DNA of 64,000 nucleotides from Takakia lepidozioides (Eukaryota; Plantae; Bryophyta). Under the pieces are notes generated by a model. The model worked only from the letters and a program-made list of their open reading frames with translations, ran no database searches and was not told where the DNA came from. The position numbers and the translations under genes are program-made. The stretch lies in contig CM060733.1 of NCBI GenBank assembly GCA_030704615.1, positions 30,504,001 through 30,568,000 of the forward strand, written 5' to 3'. Below are positions 1 through 13,945 of this stretch, in pieces (positions within the stretch are counted from its first letter, which is position 1; the number at the start of each line of letters is the position of its first letter).

Positions 1-189
1 ATTTTTAAATTCCAATAATATCTTAATGGATGGACGCTGGATCTTTGCGATCCAACGGCCTCCATCCCAGGAGAAAAAACCCAATATAAAACCAAAAATA
101 TATAAAAAATAATAGACATTAGATTTCGATAACAAAAAATTAAAAAACTACATAGGCTCGAGGGGTCAACTCGTCGAGCATACAATACT

Positions 190-500
190 ATTGATGGAGT
201 GGATATTTGCGAGAAGGTGTGGTGGACACCTCATAGAATTGGCAGGTCAGCTTACATGGAGTACAAAAGACTCAGCAAAGAATGGGTTATCTCCTCTCTG
301 CATGGAAATTCTGGAATGAAGCGGCTCCGCCAGAGACTGTTCAGGCTGAGGGGAATATATTGTATATCATTAACGGGAACAGTGATTTCATGCCACATAA
401 GACGAGATGTATTGGTAAGGGGCGCCGAGATACACTCTGTGTACTAGTTCCAGAGATTAATTGGAAACGAGTTCGAGATGAGTCCAACGAGGTGAATATT
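190..500 (+). mobile_element. Frameshifted fragment of the same Sola1-like transposase family as the element at 46758-50550
   Basis: Peptide VDICEKVWWTPHRIGRSAYMEYKRLSKEWVISSLHGN..TVQAEGNILYIINGNSDFMP aligns by eye with VDVCETAWWTIHGIGRSTYMEYKKLSKQGWLSSLHGN..TLQAEGNIMSIINGNTNLMP (48517-48900, minus). Confidence 0.8.
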
Positions 501-569
501 CTTTCTCATCTATTTCTTCTTTTGGACCTCTCTATTAAGACAATGTGAATAAGATGTGATTTGGTTGAG

Positions 570-792
570 CAAATACGAATTTTCAGCGACCAAAAGTACT
601 TGAAATTTGATATCTCCCACACCGCGGGTCCAAAAATTATGAGACCAAGCCGGTGCACCCCTCCTCATCGAGGGCTTTCCAACGGTATCAAGCATCAATG
701 ATGGGCCCCTGCGGTTTGGGAGATCTCAACGACGCTACAAACAAACAAACAAACATACATACAAACAAATTGTCTTAATTCTTATATTGATA
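570..792 (+). repeat. Short non-autonomous dispersed element, copy A (copy B at 24715-25041)
   Basis: Shared text cagcgaccaaaagta.ttgaaatt...gagaccaagccggtg..cccct...gatctcaacgacgctacaaa + CAAA-rich tail + tatattgat in both copies. Confidence 0.8.
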
Positions 793-799
793 TTTCTTA

Positions 800-2900
800 T
801 CTAATATACTTTAGCTTAGCCTAAGCCAAGTACCACAAAAATATCTTTGTAATGTTTGAAGCTTGACACTCGGAATTAATTGTTTTTCTAACTTTGAGGT
901 TGCATACTAGAGTGGTGGGAATATTTAATTGAAAATTTGTATAGGTTCTAAACACTCTCCTATCACCCCTGTCATTCATATTTTTGCAGGAGACTTAACC
1001 CTATAGCCTTAACCCTGTAGTCTAAAATGTAGTTGCTACATTTGAAGCTCAATTAATTGCATTTTCCAGCTTACATGTATGATAGAGTCATCAAGATATT
1101 TACTTGGAAATTCTTACTCTTCCATATGTTTTTAGAAGTACTTTTGTTTATCCGAAACCTTATACCGCAAAACCTCATTCAAATATTTGAAGTTCATTCA
1201 AATCAATTTTTGAGCTTTGGGTATAATACAAATTACAATGGTTAGAATATTATATTGACTTGATTGTTGAATGTTTTAAAAATTATAGGTCATAAACATT
1301 CATGCATATTTTTATGTGGTTCATACTTTTATTTCTTATAAACTTTATGCCCCTAAAGCCTTATATCCATGTTTGAAGCTTCTTAAGAAAGCAAATTCAT
1401 ACTTTGGAATATAATGCATTCTAGGTTGGGATATTTGATTGAAAGCTTTTATAGGTTCCATACACTGTTGATTTGTTTGAAAGTTTTCATTGATATTTTT
1501 GTCCACCTCATATCCATGTTTGAAGCCCAAGTCCTGTTTTTTTTTGTTTTTTTTTGTTTTTTTTTTGCTTTTTCCCTCCCATTTCTAAATTTTTCAGCTT
1601 TAGGGTACAATAGAGTGGGGACGTGGTCAGAACAAATTTTAATCCCAACATGTATAAGATTCAATTAGCTCATTAAAACGATTACTTAGTACTACTTGAT
1701 AGCAATTTTGTATGGAACTTCCTTATAAGCACTTTTCAACCCTTTGTTTACATTGAACAGATTTTTATTTATTTATTGGCTAGTACTAAGCTTTGGGGAA
1801 GTCTATAGAATTTTACGATATTTAATTGAGAGATTTTATATGTCTTAATTACTGTTGTAAATTTATTTGTCATTGAATTGTACCAAATTTGCTTACCCTA
1901 AATCCTAGTATGTCACCCTAAAAATCTTTTTTGATTGTTTGAAGCTCATTATGTTTTTCCCCCCATTGACACACTTTATAATAAGATAAAAGTGATCTGG
2001 ATTTTTAATTGATATATTTGTAGATCCTAAGTTTCATTCTTTCATATTTGTTCTTATCTGTACCTTAGCTTAATAGCCTAAGCCCAGTACCCCAAAAATA
2101 TCTTTGTAGTATTTGAAGCTCACTCAAAAATTTCTTTTCTAACTTTGGGGTTGCATACTACTAAGAGTTGTTCGAATATTTAATTGAAATTTTGTATTGG
2201 TCCTTAACAGTATCCCATTATTTGTATCATTCACACTTTTGCTTGTTCTAAACCCTAGTATACCCTAAAACGTAGTTTCTACATTTGAAGCTCATTGATT
2301 CATTTTATTCTAGCTTATATGTATGATAGAGTCCTCAGGATATTTACTTGAAAATTCTTATATGTTCTACACACTCTTCCAATTTTATTTGGTACTTGAG
2401 AGTACTTTTACTTCTCCAAACCCCTATACCTTAAACCTCAGTCAAATATTTGAAGTTCATTCAAATCATTTTTCCAGCTTTGGGTGCAATACAATTATGG
2501 TTAAAATATTACTTTGATTGAACGTTTTTATAGGTCATAAACTTTCCTGCATATTTTGTGTGATTCATACTTATAATTTTTCTAAAACTTTATGCTCCTA
2601 AAACCTTATATCCATGTTGGAAGCTCGTTAAAAAAACACATTCTTACTTTGGGGTACAATGTATTCAAGGTTGAGATATTTGCTTGAAAGTTCTTTTAGG
2701 TTTGTTGTTTCTTTTTTCCCCTCTTCATACTTTTTTCTTATTCTAAACCCTACAATACCTCAAAACCTCATATCCCGAAGCGAATCATTGAAAAAATAAA
2801 TGTACATAGCTTTGGAGTACATTGATACATTGGTTTGGAGAAATTATTTCGATTAAAAATATCTAGAAGTTCCATAGGTTCCATACATTTTTTCACATTT
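800..2900. repeat. AT-rich degenerate tandem repeat region with a ~1.25-kb higher-order duplication
   Basis: Recurring aaaccct/..tttgaagctca/..agctttggg motifs; block starting ~817 (tagcctaagccaagtaccacaaaaatatctttgt) recurs at ~2074 (tagcctaagcccagtaccccaaaaatatctttgt). Confidence 0.7.
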
Positions 2901-4599
2901 TATTAATATTGATTCAGATTTCTCATGTGAATAAGATTTTTTTATTTCGGTGTACCGTTTTGATTTTGAATATCTTTTAGTTCGCCTTCGGGCCTTGTAT
3001 TCATGTGTTAGTACTGTGGTTACTCTTTTGCAGCCGTCAATTTAGATTCGAGACCGACATTCCTTTTTTTTACAAAACAAAGTATTTTGTCTAAGTTCGA
3101 ATCTTCGTTTTTACAAGCTACCTATCTACGCGGAGGCATTTGCAAAAACATATCTTCGTGCGACGCACACCCAGTCTTCTCAATGTCAGCCTTATGTGTA
3201 AATGTTCTAGTTTTAATGCTAGGGTGTTTGTGGACTATATATAGTGCCTTTGTATTGGGGATAGCAGACTAATTAACAACATGTACTGGGTAACGATGTC
3301 TCATGGATACTTGTGCTAATTAGTATATATCCTTTGCATTGGCTAAATTTGTATATCATTCGACTTTGATGTCGACGTTTAATGAATTTGGAGTCATGCA
3401 AATTGTGTTATTATAATATATCATCTGCATTGTCTAATATATGTCATTCGACTTTGATGTCGACGTTTAAGGAATTTGGAGTCATACACATTCACTTGAA
3501 AACTAAATCTTGATTCATTGCTTCATAATATTGTAATTATTTGATTTAATTTAAATATAAAATTATATTAAGTTTAGTCCGGATTTAAGCCAAAAGTCGA
3601 GAATTAGTTAAAATTGAGTTATTTTTCTGTGATGTCCGGTGACACATGACTAAGTCGCCTCTACATGGAAAAGACTTAATGCTGATTGATGGCAACACTT
3701 TCTTGAATGAGAAGCCATCTCATAACCCACGTCATGACCGATTCAATGGCAATGCTTTCTAGAATTACTTCAATCTTACATAGACCGTTTGTAATGACAT
3801 TTTTTATATGACATGTATAGTGTATCGCACCCAAACTACGTGAGGAAAATTAATACTACTTCGAACTAATGGATGTCTTATTTCATTCAACATCGTTCAT
3901 ATTCCTTCACCATAAATCTTATTGCTGTCATCCATTGTTCATTCATCCATCTTTTGTCATCCAACATTCATTATACATTCATTCATTCCACATATCCATT
4001 CATCTTTAAGAATTTCGTCACACACTACTCTCAATTTTTCATGCATGGAACTCAGCGTCTTAGGTATGTTGCCCTCCGTTCCACTCAACATTGCCCCCAC
4101 GGCAATAGGTTCTGCTTTTCCCACGGCTATAGGCTCCGCTTTCCTTCTATGCTCATGCTTAAGAAATGTGCTCACGCTTAACGAAATTTTGCTCACGCTT
4201 AATCCGTTCACGTGAGCGCGCTTACGCGCTAGCTTCCCTCGTATCCAGCTCCTACATCCTTGGTGACTTGTATTTTTATTTTTTTTCAACTGTAGGGTTT
4301 TCTCGTGGCGTTTGTTCTCTTGAATTTGAGCATACATCATGGCAGCGACGACTTTCGGTTAGCTTGGAGAACCATGGTCAAGTCTTCCGCTGATTTAGGA
4401 ATGAGTCTTCGACGTATTGCAGTGGATGACGAAGTCTCAGTCAACTCCTCAGAGGATGAATCAGACGCACTACCTAATGAACACGACATTATTTACAAAT
4501 ACATCATCAGTAGAAATTCGATGAAAACTATGCGCACTGATATATACTTGCAGGGAGCAAAAAATCCATGAATTCCCAGAGTAGGGATGATATTACCTC

Positions 4600-5010
4600 T
4601 TGATCTGGGCATGACATAAGTGTCGATTGGAAGATCACTTGGTTCTACAGCCTTAGAGGTCTTTACAAAACATTGTGATAAATCATCAAACACTTCTTAG
4701 TGAAGATATGTTTTGGGCATTTCTTTTCTTTCCTGGGGGGTCATTTGGTAGTAGGATTTGCTCCCACAAGGGATCTTCTTTTCATAGTCTCAGACCTTAC
4801 GGAAGTATGCAAATATCCCTTCCCATTTGTCTTGGCATGGTTAGGAATTTCTCAAAACACCTTGTTGGAAACGTGTCTTTTCAACCATCTGCCATATATA
4901 AGTTGCAGGTTGATGCAAGGTTTTGGAGCCTGCTTGAGGTCCATGTCTAGTCCAGTCGCTTCGCCTGGCAGCTAACAAAACCATCATCTTAGAAAGCAAC
5001 AATGCCCATC
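4600..5010 (-). pseudogene. Degenerate trihelix (Myb/SANT-like, ASR3-type) DNA-binding domain; possibly the Myb/SANT ORF of a PIF/Harbinger relic
   Basis: Reading through stops: VLLAARRSDW..WQMVEKTRFQQGVLRNS*PCQDKWEGIFAYFRKV*DYEKKIPCGSKSYYQMT..ERKE..EVFDDL matches the trihelix pattern W..V...G..R...C..KW......KV.DYE...SYW.M..ERKE; at least two in-frame stops. Confidence 0.65.
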
Positions 5011-6944
5011 TTTTGTAAACCCTTCCTAGAATGCATCCCTGTTCATCTCCAAATTTGGTGGTGTCATCATTTGAACCATTCTCCACTGGTATTCCATTGT
5101 TCCACAAGTGATGTTTCATACAGGGCATCTGAGTCTTCTTCATTCAACATAGCCATCATCATTACTCTCTCGCTGTTCACACACTCTCTCGCTGTTCATA
5201 CAATGTGGTCACCAGACGCGACGAAGGGAAAGCCACAAAAAGGCACGAAGAGAGGGACCTGCTCGGCCGGTGATCGCAAAACCGACGTACTACAGCCGGT
5301 GAAAGGCAAAGATCAGGACCCGATCTCCCAGTTTCAGCTTTTTACGGAGAGTTGGGAGATCGGACCCGAGATAGGGTTTGGTTCCGAGAAGCAGGTCAAC
5401 GTTGGTGGGCCGTCCTTGAGGTGGGCCGTCCTAAAGCTTACCCCTCCATGCATGGCTATTCCATGGAGTAGGGGGGCTTAATGGCAGTCCAGCCATCATT
5501 AAATCTGCCATTTGAGAAATGAGCATAATACATATGCATCCCATCATAACGCCATGGGGTTTAACCCCTCATGGGTTTGCCACAAATAATCAAGCTAAAT
5601 TTCCATGGAGATGGTTCCCCATGCTCCAAAGGGAGCTATAGGGACCATAACTCAATGGATTTGCAAAATTTAAATTCCTTGGAGAATCTCTACAAGATTT
5701 CAGCGACAATTTTAAGAAAAAAAAATAACTTGGGAAGATTCTCCCACTCCTTAACTTCCCTCTCACTCTCTCTTATGTGGGGGGTGTTTGGTTAGTCAAG
5801 TAGGTAGCCAAGCTTAGGACCCAGTTGCGTCTCTAAGCTCTTTTTCTTTCCTCTTGCAACAAAAAACTTAAACACAAAACAAGATTTGAGCTTGAATCCA
5901 CACTAACCCTTGCATAGTTAGTTTTCAAACCAAGGTGTTAGCATTTCAACACAAGAACAAAACAACAAGGCTCATGGCCAACAACAGAATGAAATATCCC
6001 CACCTTGTTAGCAACCCCTCTAACTCACTTGGTTAGAGGCCTCACAAGTTAGTATCTCCCAACTTTTTAACACAAAGCAAGCAAACCCTTGGGCCTCTCG
6101 GCTACTAAGGGGGTTAATCCTCTTCTTTCCCACACTCCACCACCCTTTTTGGTTAGACAAGGGTTAGAACAAAGGACTTGCAACAGTTATAAAGAACAAA
6201 ATAACAAAGCAAAACAATGGACAAATGAACAAGACGTACTTCTATCCACTCTAGAAATGTTTCACTTGGCTAAGTGGACTACCAAAACCTAGGGGAAGGG
6301 GTGGGAGCTCACCTCTCCTATGGGGTTTGTTGCTTCTTACCTCCTCTTCTCTCTCTAGGGGCTCGCCACACTCTCAAGTTGAACACCATTCCTCTTTTTG
6401 GGGAAGATCTCTCCTTTTCCACTTCAAAATGGCACGTGGCCTACAACTTAAGCACATATGGTATCCATAGTCTTCGTAAGTTGTACTAGTTGCTTCTTCC
6501 AAGCTTGCCCAAAGAAACTAGGCTAAGCTCTAAGTACACAAGCAAACTAGGACTTCACAAAACAAGTTGCTTCCACAAAGCTTTGCTCTTCTTTCAAGCA
6601 AGTTCCTAAGCAACTAACTAATAAAGAACTAAGCAAAAAAAAACTAGAAGTGAAGTGGTGAGTAAACTCACCTCCTAAGCCCTATATACTAGGAAAACTA
6701 TAAAAAATGATTGGATAGAATATCCAAAATCCTTGGATGAGAAAAGATTTCAATACTTCTTGGTTGTTTCATCCACCCAGTTGTCTTAGGGCGCTCGTAG
6801 GTTTTTTTAGGCCCAAAAATGTCTCTCATTCAATGCGCCTATGGGCCCTGCCAGTACGGCCCATGGGGTGAGCTCATGAATCTACCTCTTTTTCACCGGT
6901 CTAGATTCTGATTTTTTTCCCAAGTCATAGTTTTCTTTATGGCG

Positions 6945-7235
6945 GCGGACCTTCTAGCGGACTGGCTAGACCCTCCAAGAGACTGATTCCTCCAGCAGAC
7001 TGACTCCAACTGGCGAGCGGACTAACCAACAGACTGGCGATTGGTGATTGGCGAGCGGACTGACCAGCGGACTGACAATTGGTGAGCAGACTCACCAGCA
7101 AACTGACGATTTGCGAGCGGATTGACTCAGTCCGGCAGACTGGCGAGGGGACTCACCAGCAGACTGGCGATTGACGAGCGGACTGACCGGTGAGCAGACT
7201 GACCAATGGACTCCAACTGGCGAGCGCCTAACTCC
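6945..7235. repeat. Degenerate minisatellite of (gc/ca)gactg-rich units
   Basis: Repeated agcggactgacc / agcagactggcgattg motifs. Confidence 0.7.
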
Positions 7236-8839
7236 AATCTTCAGACCCTCCTCAAACAAAATATATATTTATAATTAACACACATTACCGCCACAATATC
7301 ACCTGCCAGGATTTGAACATCAAACCTCACGTTCATCACAATTAGTTGCTCTTTACCACCACACTACCCGTTGCTTTCTGCAAACCTTTGAAATAATGAA
7401 TTATTAATATACATATTTAGGTGTTTTGTGGGCCTAATAGACTCGCTCCCCCCTCTCGCTTCCCTTGCGCGCGCCCCGGGGCGGCTCACCCGAGCAGACT
7501 GACCCCGCCGGGTAGGGGGCGCCCCACCCGTCGCTACCCCCTCTCCCACATGTGGGCCCCGCCACAACCACACGTGCCCGCATTGAAGTCACTCTTATCA
7601 AACAATGAGAAGCCCCAAAAATCCACTCCAATTGAAGTTTCTTGAATTGAATTCATACTCAAAAACTTAATTGTCCTCCTGGGAAAATGAATACACTGCC
7701 GGTAGTTTGCTACTTGCCGCACTGGAGTGTCTGGTTGCATAAATGAACTAAAACACAGGGGAACCCACGCTTGATCACTATCACTGACATATCGGAGCAT
7801 AAAAAATCGTATCTATGAGCAAGTATGCTCCACGCCTTTAGCATCTTCATGAAACTACATTGGAGCAACGTGAACATTTGATATCTGGTACATTGCGAGA
7901 CTGTTGTCAACCGTGTCGTGTAAAGCACAGCCCATCGGGCGTTTTCTTCTTAAGGCCAAACACTCATTGCTTGCCTTCACTTTGAATAGCGATCGGACGT
8001 TGAGGTGAGGAACCGGCAGATCATTGTCTGTAATCATATAATTGCCCCCTAGATGTTCGAACGGACGACTGGAATCGCATGCCTTCAACTGTTGCGCCTT
8101 GTAGGTACCCTAGTCGTATAAACTCCTCAACGCTTTGGCTTCATGGATGTCGCAGACTCTTCCATTTGCGGGCCATACCGGTAGATGTGTCGATGTTTCG
8201 CCATTTCTGTAACAAATGGTCCTGATTCTGCACTGTGTGTATGTACAATTCGGCTCTCATTGGCTTAAAAACTCTAAAAAAACAATCCGCGCGATAATTT
8301 ATGCACGTACATGTATCTCCCTGCAACAACCTATGACTCATGAAAACAACCCAACACATACACCCGTACTTCAGAACGGTTATCATTTATCATCTTGCAT
8401 CTCTAATCAAAACAAACCTCCCACTATATCAAATTTACTCGGAGACCCCCCTCTAAACCACCGTCACCAGCTTCAACTCCATACCCTATGTACATCCGCT
8501 CCCATAATATTTTCCAATGTAACGGGCCTTCCACCCAACCTGCTGGATAACACTTTATTACTACCCGAGGTCCCCCACTTCATTCAGCAATTACACCCGC
8601 AATCAATCAACTCACAACTAACTCCCATGCCCATGACACCACAAACGGCTCCTTGGAGACATCTCCTTGCACCATATATCTCTCCCACCACGCACCAGCC
8701 TTCAGATCAACTTCACCACATTGCCTTCCTGCTGTTCACCCTGCCCTTTCATCTGCTTGATTTAGTTTATGTGATTGAGTGGATTCATGAGTGGAGTGTT
8801 TCCATTGTGTTCACTTTCTTTATCACTGCAAGAAGATGA

Positions 8840-10000
8840 CATTATGCTTGTGAGTGCGTAGTGTAAGGATTAGTTTAGCACTTGTATTGGTGTACACCAA
8901 GGAGTGAAAGAGCTAGGACGCTCAAGTATCTCACAAGGCTTGCAAGATGTTGCAAAAAAATGTGCTTGGTAAAGTTGCATGCACCAAGGAATTGGAGAGC
9001 TAGGAAAATTTAGCTCTTATATCACAAGGCTTGCAAGGGTTGCAATGAAAGGTACTTGTGCTGTTACACCGAGGTATTGGGGAGCTCAAGTAGGAGCTTG
9101 TTTGCCACAAGATCGCAAGGATTGCAAGAGGAAAGTCTTGTGTGTGTGGAAGCATGGATTCTAGGGTTTGAGAATCTTTTCAATGCATTATGGAGTCAAT
9201 GGTGTATGTCATGGCATGTGGAGAGCAACTAAAGGATTGTTAGTGCTCATTTCACTATCAATCTAGGATTAAGCAAGCTCAATTGTGGATGTTGTGGAAG
9301 AGAAGCCAAGGAGCTACATAGGCTTGGGCTTGAAGACAACAAGGGCAAACACTTGGAGAACATTCAGAAGCTCAAGAGGTTTGAAGGGAAGCATATGGAT
9401 AAAAATTCTATCCATGATGATGTGAAATCAAGCCTAGAGAAGAGCTTGCAGTTCATGTGGGAGATCATTGGAGGTGGTCTTCATGAAGAAAAGAGATTGG
9501 CGCTCAAGACATGCATAGCAACTTCAACCATACATTAGCATGTGACAAGACAAGGAAGGGGAAGGTTAAGCTCATGTATTCATTCATTTTTGGCTTAAGT
9601 TTTGTGGTGGATGGTTGATCAAGCAAGTGATGCTTATGTGGAGCATGCTTCCCAAGTGTGGCTTCCAGTCTCAAGCTTGAGGAGAGCTAGAAGGTGAAGG
9701 GAGCAAGTTGATTCCCTTTTGTATGAGGTGATGCATGTGTGGAGCTTGCTTTTGGCTTGAGCTTTGCAATTTCAAGCTTGAAAGGGGTGGCTCTTGAGCT
9801 AGCAAGTGAATGGAGCTTGAATGACCAAGGCTTGAAGGAGACAAGGCTTGGTGGCTTGCCAAAAGGGGGTACAAGCTTGATTTTGAGTTCCAATGAGAAA
9901 TTGAGCTTGTTGTGTGGTCAATGCATTGCTAGTTAACTATTTGGAGGACTATTGGGAGTCATTGGAGGATTGTGGCATAGCCTTCTATTGTGTGCTTAGA
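8840..10000. mobile_element. Decayed retroelement-like relic, related to 51022-51830
   Basis: Shared segments (aagag..aagt.tcttgtg..tggaa...tagggttt; tgcatgtgtggagc...ttcaagcttg) with 51590-51790; no intact ORF. Confidence 0.4.
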
Positions 10001-10019
10001 ATGTATGGTAGACAACGAT

Positions 10020-10389
10020 GTATGTTGTGGCACGATGCTTAGGTGCACGACAGCTCCAAAAGTTTCCAGATCGTAGGTTGTTCTAGAATGTTCCAGAGCC
10101 CACTGCCTCGTCGTTTTTTCTAGAACTTTCACCTATTTCTACGCAGGGACCTACACTTGCCCTCGTTATTTGCACGTTCCAATGGCCCAACCCGCCCTCC
10201 CCATTGGCTGGGTCATTTGCCTTTTTCTGACATTTCCGATTAACGCCTTGGGATCCTTAATTTTCAAACCATTCATTTCGTTAATTAATACAGGTGGCAT
10301 TATTACATTGGCCCCCTCTTTTAACTCCTGGACCACGCTAATTCCTGAACCACTCTACAATTAACCGGCCCGAATGAAACTGCTTTACA
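10020..10389. mobile_element. LTR-like relic, same family as 14010-14555 and 14765-15300
   Basis: Shared ~140-bp right end ttcatttc.ttaa.taataca.gtggc.tta.tacattggccccctcttt...ggaccacgctaattcct...aatgaaactgc..taca (reads TGTA.. on minus). Confidence 0.55.
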
Positions 10390-10554
10390 TATTACCATCT
10401 GTTTTTTGGACCCTAGGGGTTATTTCTTCAAATCTTTTGTAGCTTACTATATACCCCCTTTTTTTTATTCCTGGACCATCACAAGGCCCATGCAAACTTG
10501 GGGGGTTTTAATATCACTTGGGGCTAGTGCGGGTGCGTCCAAGGCAACGGATCA

Positions 10555-10730
10555 ATCTATATTCCGGGTGGAAAGGGGGGTTGTTCTTCGCGTGCCTTTT
10601 CAACCGAGAATGTGGCTCTTTTGTATGTCTTATTATTGCATTGGATTGATCACACAAATTGTACTTTAACCGGTTATAGGCAAAATAATCTGAAGCTTTT
10701 TTGGCCAATTAACCCTAAGCGCGCCGAGTG
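10555..10730 (+). repeat. Dispersed repeat copy 1 (copy 2 at 13715-13945)
   Basis: Shared aatctatatt..gggtgg.aaaggggggt..ttcaacc.agaatgtggctcttttgtatgtctt..ttataggcaaaat..gaagcttttttggccaattaaccct.agcgc.ccgagtga. Confidence 0.75.
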
Positions 10731-11413
10731 ATGGGGTCGCACTACCATTGTCTAACATACTTATGTACAGATGTGTGGCTGCAGCTCACTTACATGGTTC
10801 GATCTTCATGAGTCAAAAGGACATATCGGTAGATATCATTTGGTTAAGCAAATTCGATCTTTAAGTGAGGTCGACCTGGGTGGAAGATTTGTATAGAGAA
10901 CAGATATGTACAACAGATACAGTTGTTACCTCACTAGCCATCATCAGCTCATTAAAATTAATAGCTTGCTGTTGCAAGTGATCACATCAGATGTCATGCA
11001 GCACATGAAATAAGAGGTAGTATAACCAACAGCCTAGAAAGCCAAACTGCATTGGGCTGGGACATACTTCAAAAGCCTGATTATCCAAGACTAGTTACAT
11101 CGGCGTAAAGGTATGCAACTTATCTTCAGATGCTAGAAGCAGCTCTACTTCTAATCAAAAGTGTGATTACATACGCTTCTTCAGAGGGAACATGAAAATG
11201 AAAAGCTGGTTTCTTAGCTCAGATCACTTGTTATACACAAGCTGGTCCGGAGTAAGATTTATCAAATTAATACTGTAGTATAACAAACAGGTATGACGTA
11301 ATGGGGACATAATGAACATTGGGAGTTGTAGGCAAGTCTTTCGCTCGCCGATCGATTCTAACATCACCATCGATGACGAGTTCTCCACAGATCCGAGGCG
11401 TGCACCTGTAAGT

Positions 11414-11914
11414 TTAATCTAATGGACTGGTATTCCACATAAAGGTATATTTATCGCCATCAATCTGTCCTGTTGTTTTGCAAACCAGAGCGAGGATATT
11501 ACCTTCGTCTTTCCAAAATTGTAGCTCATAGTAAGCAAGAAACGTACCACAGCCCCCAGGAAAATAATTACTGGTATTACTGGCCCACAGCGGGTAGTTG
11601 TCTGAGCCATAGACCACCAAATTTCCATCGTCTTGGAGAGTCAGACGGCAGTGGGAACTCCTGTGCGAAGTTCCAGCATCCCAGAGCTGCTCGTTCTCTC
11701 CATTTGGATGAGTGTAAATTAGAACAAAATTGCAGTTTGTGTCCATCCCTGCTTTGTACCCACCTTCACCGACAACAGTAATGTAGTTCCCCTCATAGAG
11801 AGTCTCTCCCACATGCAACCAATGATCGTAACATCTTACAAAGGCTGGAAGAGTGAACAATACCAGAAACAGACAGTTATATACGTCAGCCACAAGCAAC
11901 CCAACTTTACCCAT
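11414..11914 (-). CDS. Secreted bulb-type (GNA-like, B-lectin) mannose-binding lectin, 166 aa, intronless
   Basis: Hydrophobic signal peptide; MDTNCNFVLIY, LW.A.T, CRLTLQDDGNLVVY, PLWASNT pattern; one canonical QxDxNxVxY site. Confidence 0.88.
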   Translation of the reverse strand: MGKVGLLVADVYNCLFLVLFTLPAFVRCYDHWLHVGETLYEGNYITVVGEGGYKAGMDTNCNFVLIYTHPNGENEQLWDAGTSHRSSHCRLTLQDDGNLVVYGSDNYPLWASNTSNYFPGGCGTFLAYYELQFWKDEGNILALVCKTTGQIDGDKYTFMWNTSPLD

Positions 11915-13714
11915 CTCCAGAGCTTTGATCTTACAAAACAGATTTCATGAGAGTACAGGTTGGGTGCAACTGCACTCATGATCACACTAGCTAGCTGATT
12001 ATAAAATTTACACACATGGTGCATGATCATCAGGAGGGGGGTTCTTGAAAGGGATGCGTGAAGTGCACGATCTCACTAAATATGTGCGTAGATTGTTGGG
12101 CTGACTAGGAAGTCAAAAGTGACAAGACTGCAGTGTCTGATGTGCAGCAGCAGCTTGTATGGTTGTTTGTGGGTGTCGCATGCGCTGACCCAACTCCATC
12201 TTCCGTTGCAGGGATTCCCCACCACCGAACAAGAGACAAATCTGGTGAACTATCTTGCGATTTCAGACTATCTTTGGACTGCGATTGATCCATTCTTTCA
12301 TTTACTCAACAACCAGGACCCTCTCGAGATCACATTCGGGTCATGCATGCATGCCTCATCACATTCCTATCCATCCATGAGATACAATACGGTAGGCCAC
12401 CTATACAGTTTGGCAAGTTTCCCAAGCAAATCAAAATTTCAGAATGTTTTTTTCAGAATTGGCTATGTCCCACAATCTTCTTCTTTGTTTTTTAATTTGT
12501 TGGCTGTCTTGTAGACAGATTTAGACATGATGTTGAAGTCCGTGGAGAAAATTATATGGTCAAAGAACCTTGCACAAATCTTTACAACGAAGGACTCATT
12601 GGACTCATAAGCCTAGAGGGAGCCCCCTAAATACTAACTAAAATACTTACTATATATGTATGGTAGTGAGGCGAGCACCCCCTTATATAGCCATGGGAGG
12701 CGGTGCCGGAGACTTGGAGAAGACACCCACAAGTCTCCTACCCTACCCCACCCTTTGAAACGTTTCCACTAATTCTAACCCTACAAGACCTCTAATCTTA
12801 ACCCACCATTGGATGCTCCAATGGTGGGCCTATTTTTAACCTTCTATAAATAAAACATTCCTTCCCCTTCTTTATGGTGTCCCTACAGCCCCGGCCCACC
12901 GGTCTACTCAAGGGGCCCCCTTTCTCTTGGGCCTACATGTTCTTCTCCTGCTTTTCCACTAGCCCCCAGTTAGTCAGTCGTGCTAGCTAGCAACTCGCTG
13001 ATTTTCTTTGGAATGAAACTTGGGTTTACATATTGACCGTTTCGAGTAAGTATTGGAAAAAATTAAAATTAAAATTAAAATTTCCAACACCAGGGCAGCA
13101 ACTGGTGGGGGAAGCATTTTGTTTTTTTGGGGAAAGAAAATTCATTTCTCTCCCTTTCACTCTTGCTGAGGTCTCAATAGGGAAAAACAAACTCAGTTTT
13201 ATGGAATATTACTTCCTGCGGGCTACTAGTAAACATTAGGGTTGCCAAGTTTTTCCATGCATTTCATGTTGTTGTGAATCTCGGTACCATGACTCTTTGC
13301 AAATATAGAGTTTTGGGTATGATATAGATAGATATAGGGTAACTGTACCTATCATTGCATAAACCCCTATCATCGCGAACCCCAGCCCCTATCATTGCGC
13401 ACCTGTGGACAGGGCAAACCCCTATGATTGCACATCCCAGCGCCTATCACTGTACACCCCTCGACGCGCACCCGCGTGCGAATGATGTGCATTGATAGGG
13501 GCAATGATACTTGGTTTTATGAAGATTATATAGGCTCATTGTGCCTAACATTTCAACGCAGTGTATTGGGGTTTGTAAATTTCGTAAATTGGGTTTTGAA
13601 GCCAACTTGCCAACTTACCTCCCCCTAGGTCCAAATTTTGCACCATAATATGATCATATGAACAAGTTATGGCTTCTCAAAGTCTTAAATGGGCAATGGT
13701 AGTTATAGTTAATC

Positions 13715-13945
13715 TATATTTGGGGGTGGGAAAGGGGGGTGTTCGTTACCTGCCATATTTCAACCAAGAATGTGGCTCTTTTGTATGTCTTGGCAAATAC
13801 AAATTACCGTAATCACACAAATCACACAAATTTTAATACGAAAATTATTACACAAATCACACAAATTGCGGTTTCAAATCTACCGGGTTATAGGCAAAAT
13901 ATTTTGAAGCTTTTTTGGCCAATTAACCCTCAGCGCACCGAGTGA
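13715..13945 (+). repeat. Dispersed repeat copy 2 (copy 1 at 10555-10730), with internal aatcacacaa duplications
   Basis: Direct sequence similarity to 10555-10730. Confidence 0.75.

Noticed and set aside
5800-6900. LTR/retroelement remnant
   Set aside because: Composition is suggestive only; no termini, PBS or coding motifs identified
7300-7370. tRNA or tRNA-derived SINE on minus (A-box-like TAGTGTGGTGG, B-box-like GTTCAAATCC)
   Set aside because: No cloverleaf, tail or TSD discernible
7534-8839. ORFs 8216-8839 (+) and 7534-8386 (-) as genes or an HUH Rep
   Set aside because: No recognisable motifs; composition-driven or broken frames
12510-12887. Solo LTR
   Set aside because: LTR-like composition and a CCCTACA end, but the left boundary and TSD could not be established
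13330-13510. MITE with CCTATCATTG subterminal repeats
   Set aside because: Repeats are visible but no TIR pair or TSD could be fixed
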